The notes under the pieces: generated by a model | Told to the model about the DNA's origin: nothing | The model's input: the letters and a program-made list of their open reading frames with translations, nothing else | Database searches by the model: none | NCBI GenBank assembly: GCA_024275415.1 | Contig: JAJRZD010000114.1 | Location: 33,543 to 65,542 of the forward strand | Length of the DNA stretch: 32,000 bases | Reading direction: 5' to 3' | From: an archaeon | GTDB lineage: Archaea > Asgardarchaeota > Thorarchaeia > Thorarchaeales > Thorarchaeaceae | Translations under genes and position numbers: made by a program | Shown: piece after piece, positions 10,151 to 19,421 of the stretch | How the letters are laid out: each line of letters starts with the position of its first letter | How positions within the stretch are numbered: position 1 is the stretch's first letter

Positions 10151-10906
10151 ATGGCGAAAGAGAGAATCAGCAGCGGAATTCAGGGGCTGGATCAGATACT
10201 TAATGGCGGCTACATCAAAGGACGCTCCATGCTCATTGCAGGGGGTCCTGGAACCGGCAAGAGCATCATCGCATGGCATTTCATCTTCGACGCGATAGAT
10301 AATGGAGAAAGTGCAATCCTTCTCTCACTCGATGAGCCATCAGACCTTATCATAGACGACATGAAATCCTTCGGTTGGGATCCAGAGAAGGCCATATCGG
10401 ATGGCAGGCTTACAATCCTTAGCGGCACGCTCAAGCTGGTGCCTTCAGGTTCGGGATACTAGTATCTGATATCTTTCGAACATCCCCTATTCAGAGAGAA
10501 ACCATTCACCATACCCCGACTGGCTGAACTGGTCAAGCAAAAGGCTGCTGAAACCAAGGCATCTCGGATTGTCGTCGATGGACTAGCACCCTTACTAGAG
10601 TTTGCAGGGAGCCGGTTTGAGATACGGCAAACAGTCTATACCTTCATGAGAGAGTTGATATCCCATGATTCCACAGTCCTTCTCACCCACGAGCTGAGGA
10701 CCCTCAGTGGATCTCAGAACGACGAGATGCCCTACTTCATCTCTGATGGCGTCATAAAGCTGGACACTCTGTATGCAACCGGCGATTACATTCGGACACT
10801 ACGTATTGTAAAGCTGCGTGGGACTAACCATTCGATGAAGCCTGCCATGTTCAGGATACAGGATGATGGCGTCGCTGTCTTCCCTGAAGCTAGAATACCT
10901 GAATGA
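10151..10906 (+). pseudogene. RAD55/KaiC-like ATPase interrupted by an in-frame TAG at 10460-10462 (pseudogene, read-through or sequence error)
   Basis: RISSGIQGLDQILNGG, Walker A GGPGTGKS, then ...GSGY*YLISFEHPLF... in the same frame to Walker B RIVVDG, SDGVIKL and IVKLRG. About 251 codons if read through. Confidence 0.85.
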
Positions 10907-10907
10907 A

Positions 10908-11276
10908 TCATAGGACAGGCTGCACTTTTCTCATCAGGTCGATCAGGTCAAACATTGAGAAAGGCTTGAGTAAGAACCCTCTGGCTCCCGCGAAGAAGAC
11001 CTGGTCGCTGGAATCGTCCACAAATTCCGCCATGGCAATAATCGAGATGTGTGCATCGATGTCAAGAATCTTCTCAATCGTTCGCATTTGCTCGGACTCT
11101 GATATCGAGAGATCAAGTAGCACAATTCCGACCTTATGACTGCTGCAATAGGCTAAGAGGTCTTCCTCAGTGTCCGGCTCTCCAACCACCGTGTACCCTG
11201 CCTCTTCTACAGCCATCCGAACCAACGACCTCAGAAGTGGAACATCACCAGCTATTACAACATTCAAAGGATTCAC
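10908..11276 (-). CDS. Atypical receiver-domain protein
   Basis: Receiver fold with VLLDL and LKPF, but acidic pocket AGD and IAMAE in place of the conserved Ser/Thr. Confidence 0.85.
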   Translation of the reverse strand: MNPLNVVIAGDVPLLRSLVRMAVEEAGYTVVGEPDTEEDLLAYCSSHKVGIVLLDLSISESEQMRTIEKILDIDAHISIIAMAEFVDDSSDQVFFAGARGFLLKPFSMFDLIDLMRKVQPVL

Positions 11277-11321
11277 CTTTCAAGTGCCTGAATAGTACCA
11301 CATCTGTAACACATTAATGGT

Positions 11322-11684
11322 TTACTCTGACACAGCGGTTTCAATCAGATCCAGCATATGCCGAATCGTGACAGGTTTGAGACCAAAACTAACCGCACCA
11401 CCCTTCATTGCCTCTTCTCTGACGTTCGCATCTGCACTGATGAACACAATCTTCGCGTTCGGCTCGATCTCTAAAAGTTCCTTCATAGCCTCCAGCCCAT
11501 CCTTGTTAGGCATGCGATGGTCGAGGATGAGAACGTCTGGCTTTGGCTCCATCTCTCGATATTTCTGCACGGCTTCCTCTCCATCAAAGGCATCTGCGAC
11601 CACTTCATGCCCCTTGATCGCAAATACGTCCTTGTAAAGCCTGTGAAGAATCGGTTCGTCATCGATTATGAATATGGATACCAT
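11322..11684 (-). CDS. Stand-alone response regulator receiver (CheY-like)
   Basis: IIDDE, ILDHRMP, FISAD, LKPV. Confidence 0.95.
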   Translation of the reverse strand: MVSIFIIDDEPILHRLYKDVFAIKGHEVVADAFDGEEAVQKYREMEPKPDVLILDHRMPNKDGLEAMKELLEIEPNAKIVFISADANVREEAMKGGAVSFGLKPVTIRHMLDLIETAVSE

Positions 11685-12644
11685 AGGGGTGTTCCTGCCT
11701 GTTGGATGAATGCATCTAACATATCTCTCAGCTAGACGCCCTGTGGGTTCATATCATCGAGATAGTTAAAGCTTGGCGTTACATCATCCATATCCTTCTC
11801 TGATGTGATATAAAAATGAACTTGTGATTTCATAGCCAATTGTCATTCTCTACACTCAATTCCTTTCTAAAAATACCAGTTTCTATCCCTCAGACTGGAT
11901 CCATGCCCTAGTGAGGTTTCCCTCAATTGCCGTCCAATCCACTAAATGTTATTAACTATATTTAATACGCAGTCACACTGTAAGATATTATTATCATTTG
12001 ATTTTTTAATACAAATGCCTCATAATACCTTTGAATATGTTATATCTAAAGGAATAGATGTATAGAGATATATTTGTTAAAATATTGATGATGGAAATAA
12101 TATCAGATGAAGTTCGAATCTAATCATGAAGAGATCAATGATGTACAAAAGCCCTCTCTATTTCTATATTCACATTCTGAATACAGTTAGGTAGCAAACA
12201 GGCAGGTACATCGAAAAATCATACTCATTTACCGTGTATTGGCACTATTTACCGAGGTTAACCCCCATTATTTTGTCCCGAAAACAGGACATAGATTATA
12301 TGACACAAAAAGTGAGTATGTGGGTCTTTTGTGGACTAGTCCTGCATAGTGATCTTGCAGAACGAACTCCGTAATGGAATACACAACCCTCCATTAAGCA
12401 TTTAATTGAAATAATCAACGATGTATATTTACGATTATATATATTTCCTATAATGGTATAAGTTTGTACCAGTATATCTCAAAACCAAAACATGAAACAT
12501 CTATCTAAAAGTATAGATGATTAATGAATTGAGTGTTCCACAGACGATTTATCTAACTGTCATTTCAGCAAACAACCATTATAGAAAAATATTTTCTCTG
12601 CGGAATTCACACTCTATTGACATTCGGTAAACATGGGAGGTATG

Positions 12645-13067
12645 TCAAAAATCAAGGATATCTATGCCAGATCCGTTCAATGCAGTGCCCAGTTCCGTAA
12701 TGAACTTCTTGGACTCATTCAGATGGTCAAAAACCACGTTTTTGATTGTTATAAAATCGACCTCGCCATACCTATAGAGTATCATATTCCTCAATCTTGT
12801 TGCTTGTTTCATATTCATAGCTGTTTCAGAGGTGATCAAAGACCTTTGTGCTAAGATCTTGAATGCATTAGAGCAAGTATCCGGAGTTTCCCCTCCAAGT
12901 CTTCCTAGCACCTTTAGGGTCAAGTCGATTGTGCCTTGAATAGATGAATACAAATTCCATAGTACAAAGGATTGAAGTCTAGAATCCTGGCTTAATGAAG
13001 CAACATCAATGTCCCTTACTTCTTCCAGTCGGTCTAGTGATTGGGTGATTAGATTGATCAATGCCAA
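12645..13067 (-). CDS. hepT: HepT-like (DUF86) HEPN toxin, RNase motif altered (RNMILYRY)
   Basis: DUF86-like sequence directly downstream of an MNT gene. The expected RNxxxHxY motif has Tyr in place of His. Confidence 0.85.
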   Translation of the reverse strand: MALINLITQSLDRLEEVRDIDVASLSQDSRLQSFVLWNLYSSIQGTIDLTLKVLGRLGGETPDTCSNAFKILAQRSLITSETAMNMKQATRLRNMILYRYGEVDFITIKNVVFDHLNESKKFITELGTALNGSGIDILDF

Positions 13068-13446
13068 GACGTTTCCTCACAGCTTGTTTGTATATCTCAA
13101 ATGAGTCTTTAAAGTCAAGCCCTTCAATCAAAGCATTCGTGTAGAATTCAGTATGTACCTTATTGCTTCTAGTGAATAGCAGAATGCCTTCAGAAACCAC
13201 CTTCAACTTAAGAAGTGGAGGGGCATGATTGAGAATAACAAGATCCACATTGTCGCCAACAACATCTGAGGTGGAATTCAAGATATCGATGAATTTCCCT
13301 GAAGTGTATTCATCTAAGAATACCGCAACATCAACATCACTGAATGGATGTGTCTGGTTTCTTGCTACAGATCCGAATAGATATGCGAATACTACATGCT
13401 CGTTCTTTTTCAGCTCTGCACGCAATGTTACAGCAATGTCGACCAT
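13006..13446 (-). CDS. mntA: MNT nucleotidyltransferase antitoxin
   Basis: YLFGSVARNQTHPFSDVDVAV (GSx10DxD), VDLVILNHAPPLL. Likely start ATG 13446; the ORF track extends to 13566. Confidence 0.92.
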   Translation of the reverse strand: MVDIAVTLRAELKKNEHVVFAYLFGSVARNQTHPFSDVDVAVFLDEYTSGKFIDILNSTSDVVGDNVDLVILNHAPPLLKLKVVSEGILLFTRSNKVHTEFYTNALIEGLDFKDSFEIYKQAVRKRLGIDQSNHPITRPTGRSKGH

Positions 13447-13748
13447 TGTCACACATCTATCAGGAGATGATAGATTTGACACAAATAAGTCCGAGCTATC
13501 GAAATCGACCATTGTACTCATGACAGTGGTCTGAGGTTCAAGGCCGACACATGAGACCATTGACAACTAGGGATACGGTTCGCAAAGGAAATGAGTGCGT
13601 TGACGGTGGTCTAAGTCTGATATATGGCGGTGAAAGACATAATGCCCGTATTACATCATCTAAAATATTTGTATGGTGTCGTCAGTGTGGGGAAATACTG
13701 CTAAACTGTTATTGATCCGAAAGGGATCCAAAACCTCACTACTGATGA

Positions 13749-13953
13749 AACGTGTACGATATGAACCCAACGTGTACTATTCACTATATCTCAGTGATAA
13801 CGTGTACTGTCCACAATTAATCCTTCGTTTGAAGCGTTAATATTGCCGTCTAATAGGTATTCATCAAAACAGTACACGTAGGGTGGTCTAACAGGTAAAC
13901 ATGGATGTACTCTCACGGTAGGTGGATGTACTCGTGAGCCTCTGTAAACGTGT
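13749..13953. repeat. Cluster of ACGTGT(AC) motifs
   Basis: AACGTGTAC at 13749, 13769 and 13799; inverted GTACACGT at 13872; GTAAACGTGT at 13944. Confidence 0.7.
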
Positions 13954-14167
13954 TGCGATCCATATGATTTCCATTCTCCGATATCGGTCCCGTGTGAGAA
14001 GTCGATAATACCCTCCTACAAGGTACCCCTCTGTTTCATGAAATGTGGTGGTAAGTTTCATCCATTTGCGAATGTTGGAAGATAGGTCTCTTGGACTCGC
14101 CATGCTCAAAAGTCATAAGACCATCTTGATAAGGACGACATTCATCCACAAGAATTGAGGGAATCAG

Positions 14168-14953
14168 GTGAAGTCCACAAAGGAAGTCCTTCAAGCTGTC
14201 AAGACAGGCGAGATATCGATCGATGAAGCTGAGAAGGCGTTGCGAAAACTATCACTTGCAGAAATCGGTCGGATTGGCATGATGGATCTGAACCGTGAGG
14301 AAAGAAGCGGGATCCCAGAGGTCGTCTACGCTGAATCAAAGACCGTTGAACACCTTATCCACATAACAAAGGAAGCGGTGGGGATCAAAGACGCAATACT
14401 TCTTTCGAGGGTGAGCGCTGACAAGATGAGGACATTGAAGGAAAACCTTACGGATATCACATTCGAGGCAGGTGGAGAGGGTGACCATCTGACGGTCATC
14501 GCACATAAGGAAGGCTGGTCGCCTCCCGAATCAAAGGGGAAGATTGCCGTCATCACGGCAGGCACATCAGATATCGCCTATGCAGAAGAAACGGTGGCAA
14601 TTGCCAAGTTCATGGGTGTGCAAGCACTCACATTCTATGATATCGGGGTTGCTGGTATCCATCGGATCATAGAGCCGCTGAATACCATCATTGAAGAGAA
14701 CGTAGACGCATTGGTCGTCTTTGCAGGAATGGAAGGTGCTCTCCCGACGGTCATTGCCTCGCTCGTCGATGTTCCAGTCATTGGTGTCCCTGTGCCTGTG
14801 GGATATGGACACGGGGGCGGAGGAGAAACAGCTCTGGCATCGATGCTTCAGTCCTGTGCTCTTGGATTAGCGGTCGTGAACATCGGCAACGGGCTGGGTG
14901 CAGGGGCGATTGCTTGCCTGATTGCAAAGAATGCTGCCAGGAAACAAGAATGA
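14168..14953 (+). CDS. larB: Nickel pincer cofactor biosynthesis protein LarB (PurE/NCAIR mutase-like)
   Basis: DLNREERSGIPEVVYAESKT, TAGTSD, DIGVAGIHR, VFAGMEGALPTV, PVIGVPVPVGYG, MLQSC...VVNIGNG. Confidence 0.93.
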   Translation: MKSTKEVLQAVKTGEISIDEAEKALRKLSLAEIGRIGMMDLNREERSGIPEVVYAESKTVEHLIHITKEAVGIKDAILLSRVSADKMRTLKENLTDITFEAGGEGDHLTVIAHKEGWSPPESKGKIAVITAGTSDIAYAEETVAIAKFMGVQALTFYDIGVAGIHRIIEPLNTIIEENVDALVVFAGMEGALPTVIASLVDVPVIGVPVPVGYGHGGGGETALASMLQSCALGLAVVNIGNGLGAGAIACLIAKNAARKQE

Positions 14954-15000
14954 TGCAGTGTGCCAATGTGGTTATTAGGGACTGTCTATGAGATGGCATT

Positions 15001-16200
15001 ATGGATCATGATGCCGATGTGGTGATCGTTGGTGCGGGTCCGAGTGGACTGACTGCCGCTAGAATGCTGTCTGAAGCCGATGTGGACTATCTCCTTATAG
15101 CAAAGGAGTTGACACCATGCGAGGACAAGCCATGCGGCGGATTTGTGCCAGCGAGAGCCTTGAAAGAGTTCGCAATCTTATCGGTACATGAAGCATATCC
15201 GGTCAATGCCATCAGGATGAAGTTCCCCGGGGTGGACATGGTACGGGTGGATTTCGAGGAGCCAGTCGGAATCAATGCCACCCGTAGAGACCTCGGTATC
15301 GCATTGCTCAGGAAAGTGATAGACCACAAAGATAGAATCCAGATGGGGATCAGAGTGGTTAATGTAGATGTAGGAAAGGAAAAGGTGACTATCAAGGTCA
15401 CAAAGGAAAACGATGATTATCCCATCACGGCAAGGATGATGATTGACGCAAGCGGAACGAACTCGGTTTCATCACGGTGGGGCATCGTCCGTCCAAGGAT
15501 TTCGAACGATAGGATGGGATATGGATTCCAATACCATCTAAGGAGTCCTGAAGGAAAAACCTTCGAAGGAGTCAATGATTTCTATTATGGCCGTGAACAT
15601 TCACCCGGAGGATATGCATGGGTGTTCCCGCGAGAACGAGAGGTAGTCGTCGGGACAGGAGGAATTGTGTCCTCTGTTCGGAAAAGTACCAAGCGACTAT
15701 CTGAATACCTTGACCACTTGATCACTGAGGTCGAACCGACTTGTTCTGAACTGGCAAATGCGACTTTGGTCAAACAGGATGCCGCAGTCATGCCTCTTGC
15801 GGGGATTGTTGTCCCATCCTATGCAGAACGGGTGCTTCTGGTTGGTGATGCGGCGGGTCATTGTTCACCGATATCAGGTCAGGGCATTTACTATGGCATG
15901 GTTGCAGGGGAGGTAGCAGCTGAGGTCGCAGCGGAAGCGGTTTCCAAATCTGATTTTTCGTCCAAGACTTTAGTGAGGTACGAGTCGGAATGGAGGAAGA
16001 GAATCGGCTCAGACCTCAAATGGGGACTATGGCTTCAAAGACGGCTGACATCACATGGCTCCTCAAGCATGGGGTCGAGGTTCCTTGGGTCTGAAAGGTC
16101 ACAACGCATTATCGCCGAGATGCTTCTAGGAATGCGGTCAGTGCGTGGTGCCATGATTGCGGCTGTACCAAGCTACTTGAGGTCAAAAATAGGTCTCTAA
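15001..16200 (+). CDS. Geranylgeranyl reductase family FAD-dependent oxidoreductase
   Basis: VIVGAGPSG, KPCGG, PGGYAWVFP, LVGDAAGHCSPISGQGIYYGM. Confidence 0.9.
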   Translation: MDHDADVVIVGAGPSGLTAARMLSEADVDYLLIAKELTPCEDKPCGGFVPARALKEFAILSVHEAYPVNAIRMKFPGVDMVRVDFEEPVGINATRRDLGIALLRKVIDHKDRIQMGIRVVNVDVGKEKVTIKVTKENDDYPITARMMIDASGTNSVSSRWGIVRPRISNDRMGYGFQYHLRSPEGKTFEGVNDFYYGREHSPGGYAWVFPREREVVVGTGGIVSSVRKSTKRLSEYLDHLITEVEPTCSELANATLVKQDAAVMPLAGIVVPSYAERVLLVGDAAGHCSPISGQGIYYGMVAGEVAAEVAAEAVSKSDFSSKTLVRYESEWRKRIGSDLKWGLWLQRRLTSHGSSSMGSRFLGSERSQRIIAEMLLGMRSVRGAMIAAVPSYLRSKIGL

Positions 16201-16349
16201 GATTCCATCTCTGATGAGCAACAACTTCTCGTTTGAGTGTTTGATCACGTCATCCTATTGCTAATTCAGACCACTTGTCCTGAATTCGCATCCATTCCTA
16301 CCTGACTGAGCATCTGGGCAGGATACCAAGTGCGTTATCCAATTGGTTG

Positions 16350-16805
16350 CTACCGCCTAGAATATGCATAGCGCAAAAAGACTTGGAAATCCAAATACAT
16401 CCGAATTGTCAGATTTTGTATGCTGGCATAGAGGTAGTGATCCCTACAGAAGACCAAGTCACCATCTGTGAGTACCTTGTATCTAAACGGGAGAGATGCT
16501 TCATTTAGAACCTGTACATCGATAGGCAATCCCAGTTCTGCTTCCAGACTAGCAGCGAAGTCAATGGTAAAGGCATAGGTGGAGTCCTTGTCAGGTTCAC
16601 GGATATAGACTGCTATGTCAATATCACGGAAGGATGAATCTGTATTGAAACTGCCATGGATGACACCGAAGATGATTTCCTCTTCTATCGCAAGAAGATC
16701 ACTTATTTGCTTTCGGAGGTTCTTTCTTTCCTCAGGAGATGCATCATAATACCTGAATTCTATAGATGGAGGATACCTATCGTCATTTGAACGCTTATCA
16801 CTCAT
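16350..16805 (-). CDS. mntA: MNT nucleotidyltransferase antitoxin
   Basis: IHGSFNTDSSFRDIDIAVY, IDVQVLNEASLPFRY, MYLDF. Start ATG 16805 overlaps the upstream HEPN stop (ATGAGTGA). Confidence 0.9.
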   Translation of the reverse strand: MSDKRSNDDRYPPSIEFRYYDASPEERKNLRKQISDLLAIEEEIIFGVIHGSFNTDSSFRDIDIAVYIREPDKDSTYAFTIDFAASLEAELGLPIDVQVLNEASLPFRYKVLTDGDLVFCRDHYLYASIQNLTIRMYLDFQVFLRYAYSRR

Positions 16806-17238
16806 CGCGCTTCGCCTCCTTGTCAAGTATCTTCCTTATTTCCTTGATGAAGTCCAAGAAATCCTGTCTTCCAGACTTCAGTAACTCGTAGATTTTCTCG
16901 TCATCAATCACCCAGTATCTATGGACAAGTATGTTACGTAATCTGCTTGCGGATGCGAACTTGTTCCCTAAGGATGTAGAAAGCATTCCCTTTTGGGCCA
17001 GTCTACTAAAGCAGCTCGGAAATCCCGCGGGTTTCTCATTGAAGAATACTATCATCATGTTGGTACAGATTGTAGCTGCGGCTTCCACAAGTTGGATTAT
17101 CAGATATCGTAATGCCATATGTTCGGTGGTTCCCAGATCATGAAAGTCACTTTCAATGATTGGACTCAATGCGAATAATGAGTCGTTAATATCGCGAATT
17201 CGATCTTCAATCAGATCAACGTTAAGATATCTTGACAT
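16798..17238 (-). CDS. hepT: HepT-like (DUF86) HEPN RNase toxin
   Basis: Intact RNILVHRY motif. Likely start ATG 17238 (MSRYLNVD). Confidence 0.92.
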   Translation of the reverse strand: MSRYLNVDLIEDRIRDINDSLFALSPIIESDFHDLGTTEHMALRYLIIQLVEAAATICTNMMIVFFNEKPAGFPSCFSRLAQKGMLSTSLGNKFASASRLRNILVHRYWVIDDEKIYELLKSGRQDFLDFIKEIRKILDKEAKRDE

Positions 17239-17472
17239 ACTATCAGGATAACTTTGTCGGGAGAGTCCAATAAACATAGTGATTGCTATGAGGACTAAAT
17301 CGGGGTTTGCGATCTTGACCAATCAGACCGAAAAACGACAGAGAGTCGCTATCGGACTGGCCATGTTCAAAACGTGCTATTCGATCCCATAAAACGTGAC
17401 TGCATGTGAACAATTATACAGGTTCCCGATTCAGCTTCCTTGCAATAGCAGAGCTTTGGAATAGGTTATACC

Positions 17473-19275
17473 ATGAGGACAATACGGCTCCCTGCCACAT
17501 ACATCGATGGGTCTGCAGGACAAATCAAGACTGACATCAAGGACAGTTGCATTGTTATTAGTAAGAACAAACGGATAAGGACACTGGACTTGTCGCCCCT
17601 TGGCGAGTTGAAAGGACTCGAACAATTATATATCAACAGGAATAGCGACTTGGAAACCTTAGACCTTTCACCGCTGCGCGAACTGACGAGCCTCCAGTAT
17701 CTTGAGGTCAGCGAGAACAGGAGTCTGAAACACTTGGACATAGATGGGCTCTCGGGACTGTTGCAGCTTGTCATCAGCAGGAATAGTATCTTGGAAACCT
17801 TAGGACTGCATCGATTGCCAGGCCTTCTTCATCTTGAGGTCAGCGGGAACAACGCACTAAATGCCTTAGACTTGTCCTTGTCTAGCGAACTGGTGAGCTT
17901 GGTGCAGTTAGACATCTGGGCAAATAACGCATTGGTGTCCCTCCACTTAAGTGACTTGACAAGCCTATTGCACCTCTACATTTGGGGGAATGAACGGCTG
18001 GCAGACCTGGATATCTACGGGCTGACAAGCTTGCAACACCTGACTATCAGCGAGAATGATGCGTTAACAAGTCTTGATCTGTCATCATGGAGAGGATTGG
18101 CAGCCCTATACCAGGTAGAGATCGGGTGTAACGAAGGGCTGAATGTCATGGATCTGAGCGGACTGACAGGGCTACGACAACTGGAAATCAGAGGGCATGA
18201 GAAATTGGCAAGCATTGACCTGAGCACGCTCGCTGGACTACAGGATCTAGTCATCAGTTGGAACGAGGGTTTGAGAGCCCTCGACTTGAGTGCTCTTACA
18301 GAGCTGCGGAGGCTGGAGGTCAATGGATGTTATGATGTGAAGGTCATCAGTCTAGATGGGCTGTCGCACATGCAGAATCTGGGATTCAGGTGGAACACGT
18401 TCTTGGAGGAACTGGATCTATCGCCTCTGAGTGACTGTTCTGACCTGCAACACCTAGTGATCATCTGGAATCAGGCCCTCAAGAGTATCGACCTGACTCC
18501 TTTAGCTATCTTGGCAAATCTACAACAGGTGGAGATACATGAGAACTGGAGTCTGCAGGTTGAATGTTTTCTTTCTCAGAACACCATGCAGGCAATTGCA
18601 CCTTTTGACTTGGATTCAATGTACCTCACATTTGCATTCACTCCATTCAGGTCTCTTGGGTTGATAGCCAAATTATTGCCTCTCGTAGAGTCCTATGAGG
18701 AAACATGGAAGATGCATCATCTTGTCCAGAAGACCTTAGAACTGCTTGACCTCGGGTGGCTCGGGATGCTCGATATGGATGTCGAGAACTTTGCGCAGAT
18801 CATTCTGCAGTGGGAACGACCTGATTTTAGAGATATGGCAAGAGAACGATTCATCACCCACTGGGTGGCGCAAGTCGAGGATGGTGGTACTACCATCGGG
18901 ACACTCTTGGAAGAGGTACTGAATGTCACGGGACTTGCAGGTATGACCGACAGAGTGTTTGCCCTGCGTGACGCCGAAATTCGACAGTTGGTATTGTACA
19001 GGGTTGATGATGAGGTCGACCTCCGTCCACTGTGGCTTACGGCATATGGCTTTGACATCCTCAGACGTTTCAGGAGTGGCATTTCATCCTCAGAAACCGA
19101 GTTCCGACGGATTGCAACGGTCTTGAATGAACTCGGATACAGGTTGGATGTGAAAGATGGGAACGATGATAAATCGAGATTCGCGGAGAATATCAGCGAG
19201 ACCCTGACTGAGTATATTCTCCGACTCGCGGAGGATCGTCGCTCAGCACATGTGAGAGGCACGATAGCAGAATAA
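17473..19275 (+). CDS. Cytoplasmic leucine-rich repeat protein with conserved non-LRR C-terminal domain
   Basis: 14 LRRs (LxxLxIxxNxxL, LDLSPL), no signal peptide, C-terminal domain containing DLRPLWLTAYGFDIL. Confidence 0.92.
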   Translation: MRTIRLPATYIDGSAGQIKTDIKDSCIVISKNKRIRTLDLSPLGELKGLEQLYINRNSDLETLDLSPLRELTSLQYLEVSENRSLKHLDIDGLSGLLQLVISRNSILETLGLHRLPGLLHLEVSGNNALNALDLSLSSELVSLVQLDIWANNALVSLHLSDLTSLLHLYIWGNERLADLDIYGLTSLQHLTISENDALTSLDLSSWRGLAALYQVEIGCNEGLNVMDLSGLTGLRQLEIRGHEKLASIDLSTLAGLQDLVISWNEGLRALDLSALTELRRLEVNGCYDVKVISLDGLSHMQNLGFRWNTFLEELDLSPLSDCSDLQHLVIIWNQALKSIDLTPLAILANLQQVEIHENWSLQVECFLSQNTMQAIAPFDLDSMYLTFAFTPFRSLGLIAKLLPLVESYEETWKMHHLVQKTLELLDLGWLGMLDMDVENFAQIILQWERPDFRDMARERFITHWVAQVEDGGTTIGTLLEEVLNVTGLAGMTDRVFALRDAEIRQLVLYRVDDEVDLRPLWLTAYGFDILRRFRSGISSSETEFRRIATVLNELGYRLDVKDGNDDKSRFAENISETLTEYILRLAEDRRSAHVRGTIAE

Positions 19276-19421
19276 AAACTGCATGAAAGAAGGTCTGATC
19301 CTCGCTCGATGTCTGGAACTGTGATTCATTTTGCAGCGATTGATATATCGAAGGATTTATATTGTGAGAACCACAATAATATTTCAGGGTGCTGTGAGAA
19401 TCGCAACATTGGTGCGAGGAT

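Noticed and set aside
10019-10279. N-terminal extension of the TPR ORF to 620 aa
   Set aside because: It overlaps the divergent ATPase gene and its promoter region, and does not look protein-like.
11740-12640. Replication origin call
   Set aside because: AT-rich, but I saw no repeated ORB consensus and no adjacent orc1/cdc6; kept only as an unexplained region.
13749-13807. CRISPR mini-array
   Set aside because: Repeats are only 9 bp with 11- and 21-nt gaps, and there are no cas genes.
13888-14109. 73-aa minus-strand ORF
   Set aside because: It lies across the motif array, with no homology cue or start signal.
10151-14953. Circadian clock (KaiC-like genes plus the CpmA-like annotation of larB)
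   Set aside because: No KaiA/KaiB, no KaiC with two active domains, and LarB/CpmA is a cofactor-biosynthesis carboxylase family.
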